DNA of 63,478 nucleotides, the filler included, from Candidatus Omnitrophota bacterium (GTDB taxonomy: Bacteria; Omnitrophota; Gorgyraeia; Zapsychrales; Zapsychraceae): assembly GCA_015233495.1 (NCBI GenBank). It is 6 parts of 6 records of this genome, joined end to end, with 100 filler letters (N's around TTAATTAATTAA, not from the genome) between each part and the next. Parts side by side here need not be neighbours in the genome. Positions count along the whole stretch, not along the records: positions 55,384 to 63,478 come from JADFXQ010000069.1; 5 more parts are not named here. The stretch is one strand, 5' to 3'. The notes beneath the pieces are model-generated. The model searched no databases, was not told the origin of the DNA, and was given only the letters and a program-made list of their open reading frames with translations. This document shows, in pieces, positions 56,875 through 63,478 of the stretch; position 1 is the stretch's first letter; the number at the start of each line of letters is the position of its first letter. Made by a program: the position numbers and the translations under genes.

Positions 56875-57129
56875 TCAAAATCGAAAATGAACAAATACCC
56901 GCCCAAAATTTTTATCGTCTTTTTCTATCCTATGATAAAGCTTTTTGATATCCGGCCGGGCTAAAAAACGCAAAACATACTTTTTCAACTGCCCGCTGCC
57001 TTTGCCGGGAATAATCTCTACTGAAGAAATCTTTTTTTCAACCGCGTCTCGGATAACCCCATTAAGCGCCTCTTCAATTGCGCGTCCTTCATTAAAAATG
57101 TCATGAATATCTAATTTAATCTTGGCCAT
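56875..57129 (-). CDS. stand-alone Smr-domain protein
   Basis: KLDIH, VEIIPGKGSGQLKK.V.RFL, NFGRVFVHF. Confidence 0.85.
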   Translation of the reverse strand: MAKIKLDIHDIFNEGRAIEEALNGVIRDAVEKKISSVEIIPGKGSGQLKKYVLRFLARPDIKKLYHRIEKDDKNFGRVFVHFRF

Positions 57130-57153
57130 AAACGCATCCCCGTGTGCCTGTAT

Positions 57154-57210
57154 TGAAAAACAAAAAACCTCAGTCCGCTAAACTTCAGTAGACAAAGGTT
57201 TTTGTTTTCC
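57154..57210 (-). terminator. probable terminator after the cyclophilin gene
   Basis: AAAACAAAAAACCT...AGGTTTTTGTTTT inverted repeat. Confidence 0.45.
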
Positions 57211-57253
57211 CATTCCAAGGTCCTCAGTTTTCTTTAACTCGCTTTATCTGTTT

Positions 57254-57814
57254 TTAATAACTGAGAACCGTCGCTTTAACTATCACCTGATTCTGTACCG
57301 GCTTGTCATCTGGCCCGGTAGGAACGCTTTCGATTTTTTGGACAACATCATATCCCGCCACAACTTCTCCAAAAATCGTATGTTTATTGTTGAGATACGG
57401 TAGCGGCACCGTAGTAATAAAAAACTGACTGCCATTGGTGTTAGGTCCCCGATTGGCCATTGCTAATAAACCCGGTTTGTCAAAACCCACGCCTTTTTTG
57501 AATTCGTCTTCAAAATATTGACCCCAGATGCTTTCCCCGCCTCGTCCCGTGCCGGTGGGATCTCCTCCTTGAATCATAAAATCTTTAATTACCCGGTGGA
57601 AAATAATCCCGTTATAATAGCCTTTTTCGACTAAACCAATAAAATTTTCACAAGTTTTGGGCGCCACTTCCCGGAATAATTTGATCTGAATTTTTCCTTG
57701 GTTAGTTTCAAAAACGACTACGGGTGAGGCGGATAATTTTTGGGATTGCGCGTTCGCGGTCATGACTCCTCCAGTAAGTATACACATTAATAAAATAAAT
57801 AACGATATTCGCAT
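57254..57814 (-). CDS. exported cyclophilin-type peptidyl-prolyl isomerase
   Basis: signal peptide; [53 protein letters not shown]. Confidence 0.95.
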   Translation of the reverse strand: MRISLFILLMCILTGGVMTANAQSQKLSASPVVVFETNQGKIQIKLFREVAPKTCENFIGLVEKGYYNGIIFHRVIKDFMIQGGDPTGTGRGGESIWGQYFEDEFKKGVGFDKPGLLAMANRGPNTNGSQFFITTVPLPYLNNKHTIFGEVVAGYDVVQKIESVPTGPDDKPVQNQVIVKATVLSY

Positions 57815-57912
57815 TAACGTCTCCTTGTCTGTATTCCCATTCAAAACACTACTCACTCAAGGGAATGAACTTTTTACAAGCGCCCTCCTAAAATTCGTAA
57901 AAATGTTATCGG

Positions 57913-58749
57913 TTAAGACACTGTCGGCGAATTTTCAGCCGTGGGGTCCGGTCGAAGTTTAAGAGTTCCCAGACCTTCATCCGACTTAGCTAACAAAACC
58001 TGGGCCTCTCCGACTACGCTATCGGCGTCGCTAGGCGGTTGCGCAGCGGCTCCTTCAGCTTCTTGTTCTTTTTCTAAAATATTTTTTTCCAGCCGCGCGA
58101 CTTTTTCTTCCAATTGCGCGATACGCTTTTTATATCCTTCCGCCTCGGTTTCCGCAGCGACACATTTTACGTGAATCATCCGGTTTTTGTCTTTACTATC
58201 GTGCAATTCTTTTTCTAAAAGATCTTTGACTTTGTTAAAATCTTTGCGGTTTCGAACTTCGTTTTCCAGCGCTTCTTTTGTGGTTTCCAACTCTCGGCTT
58301 CTCTCGGCAAAAATTTGATCCAGCCGCTCGTATTTTTCGCGAAGTTCCGCCAACTCTGACATCATTTCAACTTCTTTTGCGATGCTGGCCTGTTCGCTGG
58401 AAGATAAGGTTTGCGGCTGGACATACTTTGCGGTTGGGATTCCGACGTTTAGCGGCAATACTTCGCGTCCGGCAATTCCCGGTTCGGGCTTGCGGATTCC
58501 TTCAAGCTGCAGAGCTATTTTCTGAAAATCCGATTTGGTTTCCGCCGGAGCTGGTCTTTCGGGAATTTGTTTGGTAAACCGCTCTCCCGGAAGCGCCTTA
58601 TCCGTTAAAACGGTTTTCTCGGCAAGAAGATCGATCGGGACCGGGCCGCCCTCCGCCTCAATTTGAGCGTCTAAGCCGGGTTCATTTTTAAGAAGCCATA
58701 AGACCGCGGCCAGTCCGGCAACGGTAAAACCCAGAAGAATAAAAAACAT
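57913..58749 (-). CDS. membrane-anchored coiled-coil protein
   Basis: N-terminal TM helix, E/K-rich heptad region; GGAGG RBS. Confidence 0.75.
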   Translation of the reverse strand: MFFILLGFTVAGLAAVLWLLKNEPGLDAQIEAEGGPVPIDLLAEKTVLTDKALPGERFTKQIPERPAPAETKSDFQKIALQLEGIRKPEPGIAGREVLPLNVGIPTAKYVQPQTLSSSEQASIAKEVEMMSELAELREKYERLDQIFAERSRELETTKEALENEVRNRKDFNKVKDLLEKELHDSKDKNRMIHVKCVAAETEAEGYKKRIAQLEEKVARLEKNILEKEQEAEGAAAQPPSDADSVVGEAQVLLAKSDEGLGTLKLRPDPTAENSPTVS

Positions 58750-58805
58750 AGGGCGCCTCCAAACCCGCGCTCATTTTCCGGCTTTGGCGGGATACCAAGA
58801 AAAAA

Positions 58806-59192
58806 TTATTGCTTTTTATAAACAATCACCGCGGCAGTAATATTCGCCCGGATATAGGCGTTGCCGATTAAACTTTGCGCGGGAAGTTTTTTCCACAAAC
58901 CGGAAGCGTCAGATTTAATATTCGTGATGGCGTCACCGCCCAACATAGCGGCTTCGCGTTTCATGCGAGCCATGACCTCGTCCATACCCTGCCGCCGCTC
59001 CGTATTCACCGTCACATAACCAATGATCTCGTAAGGCCGGTCAACCTGTTCCAGATACACTACATCTTCCGCGGATTTTTTTTCCGGATAAAAAGTTTCC
59101 GAAACATCTTCCGAATTGACATTATAAAAACTACAGGCCGCGGTAGCGCCGATTAAAAAAATAAAACAGCCCCAAAGAATAATTTTTTTCAT
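58806..59192 (-). CDS. putative lipoprotein, YbjQ-like fold
   Basis: lipobox TAAC; RPYEIIG.V, MKREAAMLGGDAI. Confidence 0.7.
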   Translation of the reverse strand: MKKIILWGCFIFLIGATAACSFYNVNSEDVSETFYPEKKSAEDVVYLEQVDRPYEIIGYVTVNTERRQGMDEVMARMKREAAMLGGDAITNIKSDASGLWKKLPAQSLIGNAYIRANITAAVIVYKKQ

Positions 59193-59327
59193 ATGGTTGT
59201 CCCTTTTTTAGTTTCCTTTATATCCGCTTTGTCGAATACCCGCGCTGCCGATGGCCCATATTCCGTCAGTGAATCGCCAAGCGTCAAGCATCGCGCATCA
59301 TTCGATTACTTAGTTAAATATTAAGAT

Positions 59328-59487
59328 TCATATATGTCCAATTTGGGCAGCATCTGCCGTCGGTTAAGAGCATTTGAAACATTATTCGTGCGTAGAGTCG
59401 GACCTTGCCTGCCGGTAGGCAGGTGTCCGCCCGACTCAACGGGCCGAGACAAGCTCGGCCCCTACGCACAATTTGGGCAGCAATGAT
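59328..59487 (+). repeat. composite repeat: CAATTTGGGCAGCA - GTAG REP pair - CAATTTGGGCAGCA
   Basis: 59328-59377 matches the reverse complement of 11540-11589; REPs at 59392-59432 and 59441-59465; core repeated at 59469-59482. Confidence 0.8.
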
Positions 59488-59651
59488 TAAGATTATAATA
59501 TAACAACCGCCCGCTCGATTCAAGCAATGTCGTCATTTTTAATTTGAAATCCATCCAACCACCTATCCCCGCAACGGCTAACAAAACCCCCAAGAGGAAT
59601 GAATTTCGAGCGCGCATAAAAAATGGCCTCCGGGATCTTTTGAACTCTTAA

Positions 59652-60356
59652 TCACAAAAGATGGATGACTTCGCTCGGTAACCGCTGTAATTCTTCGATC
59701 CCGAGCACTTTGATCGACCAGCGTAAAATTTTGATTTTATTTTTGATCTTCGGTGTCATTTCCGGAGTTTCGGCTAAATTTTTCCGGGTGAGAAAAAACA
59801 TGGCGCGCAGTGATTCGAAGACAATGCGGGCTTCCCGCGGCCGGTTATTGCCGCATTCTATGATACTGTTCAAGCGCTCATAAGCGATATCATTCACCGC
59901 GGCGCTATAATGATTCAAACGATGGATTAACACCGGGACTAACGATTCAAAATAATGATAGCGGTCCATCCGGCACAGCGTGTAAGCCACCTCAATTTCC
60001 ACAAACGGAGAACTGTTATGGTTCAAGCGGCGGAACAGCCATTTTTCAACATCTTTTTTTTCCGGCATTACAATATCTTGACTGAATTTCTGTTCAAAGA
60101 CCCGCACCGCCGCCGCCATTTTGTACGAAGTCACCGAATCGTCCTGGATCATTTGCGTCAGATCTTCTTTGCTGAAATTAGCAAATTTTTTCGCGTAACC
60201 TTCCAACAACTGACGATCATCAAAAATGATATTGGGATTTTCGGGGTCAACAGATTCAATGTCACCGTTAGATTGCGAAGCAGACCAAACAGACAAAGGG
60301 CTCAAACATACTGCGCAGAAAATAAGAAAAGAGATTCGAATCCGCCATGATTTCAT
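59652..60356 (-). CDS. exported hypothetical helical protein
   Basis: signal peptide; helical, HEAT-like composition; overlaps the nadC stop. Confidence 0.65.
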   Translation of the reverse strand: MKSWRIRISFLIFCAVCLSPLSVWSASQSNGDIESVDPENPNIIFDDRQLLEGYAKKFANFSKEDLTQMIQDDSVTSYKMAAAVRVFEQKFSQDIVMPEKKDVEKWLFRRLNHNSSPFVEIEVAYTLCRMDRYHYFESLVPVLIHRLNHYSAAVNDIAYERLNSIIECGNNRPREARIVFESLRAMFFLTRKNLAETPEMTPKIKNKIKILRWSIKVLGIEELQRLPSEVIHLL

Positions 60357-61204
60357 TTGTTAAAAATTTCCATAGAAATATCAATGTTCTTTAAAGTATG
60401 GGTCAAAGAGCCAACGGAAATCCGGTCAACACCGGTTGCCGCGACAGAACGAATATTTTTTAAAGTAATTCCCCCCGAGGCTTCCAATAAAGGCCGGGGA
60501 GCGTCTTTGAACTTTTTGCGAGCCAGGCGCACCGCAAGGCGCATATCGACCACGCTCATATTGTCTAAAAGAATCATATCCGGACCAGCCGTCAACGCTT
60601 CGCGGAATTGGTCAAGATTATCCACTTCGACTTCAATCCCTCTTTCAGTGCGGCGGCGGATCCGCGCGATAGATTGGGTGATGGTCATTTCCGGATGGCA
60701 CGCGTCCCGATGATTATCTTTAATCAGCGCCATTTCATTCAAATTCATACGATGATTGACGCCGCCGCCGCAGCGCACCGCATATTTTTCTAAAATCCGC
60801 AACCCGGGAGTGGTTTTGCGCGTATCTAAGATCTCAACGGGATAGGGTTTGATCTTTTGCGCGAATCGATTGGTGTTCGTGGCAATTCCCGACAAATAAC
60901 CTAAAAAATTCAATGCCACCCGTTCGCACGTCAACAAGGACCGAGTCTTCCCTCGCAAACGCGCCAGAGCCGACCCCGATGGCACATGATCTCCGTCTTT
61001 GAAAACCGCCTCGAACTTGACGGTTTCGTCAAAAGCGTGAAAGACCTTACGGGCGATATCAATCCCGCAGACAAACGCGTCTTCCTTGACCAAAATAACC
61101 GCTTCGCTGTAATGGTCTTTGGGGATCAGATAATTCGTCGTAATATCGCCTTGGCTGATATCTTCCCGTAAAGCGATTGCGATAATTGTCTCAATGGTGC
61201 GAAT
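60353..61204 (-). CDS. nadC: nicotinate-nucleotide pyrophosphorylase (carboxylating), probable ATT start
   Basis: ALREDISQGDITT upstream of the ORF-track start; ERVALNFL..LSGIAT, DTRKTTPG, IKDNH, EVEV, LLDNM, EASGGI. Confidence 0.95.
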   Translation of the reverse strand: MRTIETIIAIALREDISQGDITTNYLIPKDHYSEAVILVKEDAFVCGIDIARKVFHAFDETVKFEAVFKDGDHVPSGSALARLRGKTRSLLTCERVALNFLGYLSGIATNTNRFAQKIKPYPVEILDTRKTTPGLRILEKYAVRCGGGVNHRMNLNEMALIKDNHRDACHPEMTITQSIARIRRRTERGIEVEVDNLDQFREALTAGPDMILLDNMSVVDMRLAVRLARKKFKDAPRPLLEASGGITLKNIRSVAATGVDRISVGSLTHTLKNIDISMEIFNK

Positions 61205-61223
61205 AAAACGCCTCCTTCGTGGG

Positions 61224-63478
61224 TTAACCTAATACTGCTAATAATTTTTTTAATTCTTCCTCTCTGGCCCGCAGCATGACTAAGCGTTCCTGTTCTTTAG
61301 CCACGACATCGCCCGGCGCTTTCGCCGTGAATTGCGGATTCAATAGTCTCGCTTGCAAAGCGATAGCGGCTTTTTCTTGCGCCAAGATTTGGTCTTGAAT
61401 TTTCTTTTTTTCTTGCTCCAAATCGATCAAACCCGTTAAAGGAATATAACATTTAATCCGGTCAACAAAAACAACTGCCGCATTTTTTATGCTGGAGTCG
61501 GCGGCGTCAAACTGCGCGCTTCCCAACCGGCCTAAATAGGTCAAAAGTTTAAAATGCGCCTTAAGCAAAGACTGCTCCGCCGGATCCGACACTTGAAAAA
61601 CGCAATCCAACGGCAGCGCCGGCTTAATCGACCACTGCGCCCGGACATTCCGGATCCCGACAACCAAATCAATGATTTTTTTCATATTTGTTTCAATATC
61701 CGCCCAAATCAAATCGAGCCGCGGTGCTGGCCAAGACGACGAACTCAAAGCGGGAGCCTGCGGATGGATCTGGCTCCAAATCTCTTCCGTCACAAACGGC
61801 ATAAACGGATGAATCATTTTTAACGCGTTTTCCAATAAAGTGACCGCCACATTTTGTACCGCCGGATCCGCCCAACGGTCTTTGATGATTTCCAGATACC
61901 AATCGCAAAAATCCCCCCAGAAAAATTCGTAAATCAAGTTCTCCGCTTCCGAATAACGGTAGCGTTCAATCGCTTCACTGACACTCCCCAGAGTCGTGTA
62001 AAACCGGGATACAATCCAACGCGAGGGCAGATCGGAGGGATCAATCTCCGCCGCCAAATCAAAATCTTCCCGCCGCTGTTTGACGTTCATCAAAATTAAA
62101 CGGCTGGCATTCCAGATCTTATTCGCGAAATTGCGGCCGATTTCAAATTTCTCTTTCGCAATCAGCAAATCTTGTCCGGAGTTAACAATCAAACTGAAAC
62201 GCAAAGCGTCCGCGCCGTATTCTTCGATGATTTCGAGCGGATCGATCGCGTTGCCGAGCGACTTGGACATTTTGCGCCCTTGACTGTCTCGGACGGTGCC
62301 GTGAATATATACTTCCGAAAAAGGAATTTGGCCCTGAAATTCTAACCCCGCCATGATCATGCGCGCCACCCAAAAAAATATAATTTCCGGAGCCGTAAAC
62401 AAAACTGCCGTCGGATAAAAATACGCGAGGTCCGGATTCTTTTCCGGCCAGCCTAAAGTCGCGAACGGCCATAACCATGAGGAAAACCAAGTATCCAACA
62501 CATCTTCATCCTGACGGATATTGGCCGACCGGCAACTTGGGCATACTTTCAAATCCTCGAGCGAAGCTGTCACTTGTCCGCATTCCTGACAATACCAAAC
62601 CGGAATCCGGTGCCCCCACCAGATCTGCCGGGATATGCACCAATCCCGGATATTTTCCATCCAATTCATGTATACTTTGGTCCAACGTTCCGGCGTAAAT
62701 TTGATTTTCCCTTGAACAACCGCGTCGATCGCTGGCTGAGCCAACGGCCGCATACGGACAAACCATTGTTTGGATAGATATGGTTCCACCACTGTGGCGC
62801 AGCGGTAACAATGACCCACCGCGTGGATATAGCTGTCGACTTTAATTAAAAAACTTTTTTCCTCCAAAGCTTTCACGACCGCCTGACGCGCCGCCGCCCG
62901 GTCCAAGCCCTGAAACGCGCCGCCTTTTTCATTGATAATTCCGTCCGGGTGAAGGATATTAATAAAATCCAAATTATGCCGTTTCCCCATCTGAAAATCA
63001 TTTGGGTCATGCGCCGGCGTGACTTTGACCGCTCCGGTCCCAAATGCCGGGTCAACCAATTCATCCGCAATAATCTTGATCTCCCGATTCAGCAAAGGCA
63101 AAATCAGGGTTTCGCCAATCAGTTTATGATAACGTTCATCTGCCGGATTGACCGCGACCGCGGTATCCCCTAACAAAGTTTCCGGACGAGTGGTCGCGAC
63201 GACAACAAAGGTCCCGGGCCGGTTCTTTAAAGGATAGCGGATATGATACAACGCGCCCGTCGTTTCCTGGTGTTCCGCTTCCTCGTCTGAAAGCGCGGTT
63301 AAACAACGGGGGCACCAATTTATGATATACTGCCCTTGATAAATCAACCCTTTTGCATACAAATCCACAAAAACTTTGCGCACCGCGTGGCTGTATTGCG
63401 CATCCATCGTAAACCGTTGGCGCGGCCAATCGCACGACGAACCCAAGCTCTTCAACTGCCGGATGATCGTGTCGCCAT
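61224..63478 (-). CDS. valS: valyl-tRNA synthetase, 5'-truncated by window edge
   Basis: ATTRPET.LGD.AVAV, GTGAVKVTPAHDPND, DWCISRQIWWGHRIP, DVLDTWFSS, KMSKS, C-terminal coiled coil. Confidence 0.97.
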   Translation of the reverse strand, partial: GDTIIRQLKSLGSSCDWPRQRFTMDAQYSHAVRKVFVDLYAKGLIYQGQYIINWCPRCLTALSDEEAEHQETTGALYHIRYPLKNRPGTFVVVATTRPETLLGDTAVAVNPADERYHKLIGETLILPLLNREIKIIADELVDPAFGTGAVKVTPAHDPNDFQMGKRHNLDFINILHPDGIINEKGGAFQGLDRAAARQAVVKALEEKSFLIKVDSYIHAVGHCYRCATVVEPYLSKQWFVRMRPLAQPAIDAVVQGKIKFTPERWTKVYMNWMENIRDWCISRQIWWGHRIPVWYCQECGQVTASLEDLKVCPSCRSANIRQDEDVLDTWFSSWLWPFATLGWPEKNPDLAYFYPTAVLFTAPEIIFFWVARMIMAGLEFQGQIPFSEVYIHGTVRDSQGRKMSKSLGNAIDPLEIIEEYGADALRFSLIVNSGQDLLIAKEKFEIGRNFANKIWNASRLILMNVKQRREDFDLAAEIDPSDLPSRWIVSRFYTTLGSVSEAIERYRYSEAENLIYEFFWGDFCDWYLEIIKDRWADPAVQNVAVTLLENALKMIHPFMPFVTEEIWSQIHPQAPALSSSSWPAPRLDLIWADIETNMKKIIDLVVGIRNVRAQWSIKPALPLDCVFQVSDPAEQSLLKAHFKLLTYLGRLGSAQFDAADSSIKNAAVVFVDRIKCYIPLTGLIDLEQEKKKIQDQILAQEKAAIALQARLLNPQFTAKAPGDVVAKEQERLVMLRAREEELKKLLAVLG

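Noticed and set aside
59314..59523. 69-aa ORF containing CLPAGK, and similarly ORF 34153..34371
   Set aside because: These are translations of REP palindromes and of the antisense tRNA/intron sequence, respectively.
580..63435. Many short antisense or overlapping ORFs in the six-frame track
   Set aside because: Shadow frames of well-supported genes, with no recognisable motifs or RBS.

Overview
This window is not one contiguous locus. It is six unrelated assembly pieces joined by 100-nt N/TTAATTAATTAA linkers (11420-11519, 22893-22992, 34046-34145, 44758-44857, 55284-55383), with three internal N gaps (12587-12614, 33521-33568, 38784-38840). Gene content suggests a PVC-superphylum diderm, most likely Omnitrophota (inference from a PVC-restricted small protein, mcsB-clpC next to lolCDE, an Flp/Tad pilin array and large adhesin genes). 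Most of the window is housekeeping: recG-rsmD-coaD-yceD-rpmF-plsX-fabH-fabD; thrS-infC-rpmI-rplT; tex-dnaX-recR; lysS-lolC/E-lolD-ilvE-mcsB-clpC; valS-nadC. Highlights: (1) a tRNA-Asn gene split inside the anticodon (after U35) by an IC3-like group I intron; (2) an RNA-only cassette between two ~80-bp direct repeats, holding a consensus-promoter-driven, Arg-like tRNA scaffold with an aberrant anticodon loop plus a second ~70-nt terminated small RNA; (3) an 11-gene array of class III signal-peptide pilin-like proteins, two of them large and Cys-rich; (4) a 2.25-kaa repeat adhesin with a MITE beside its start codon and NrdR-box-like sites upstream; (5) a Rho paralogue lacking the RNA-binding domain; (6) probable non-AUG starts for infC (ATC) and nadC (ATT); (7) several dispersed non-coding repeat families. 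All calls come from reading the sequence; no database searches were run.
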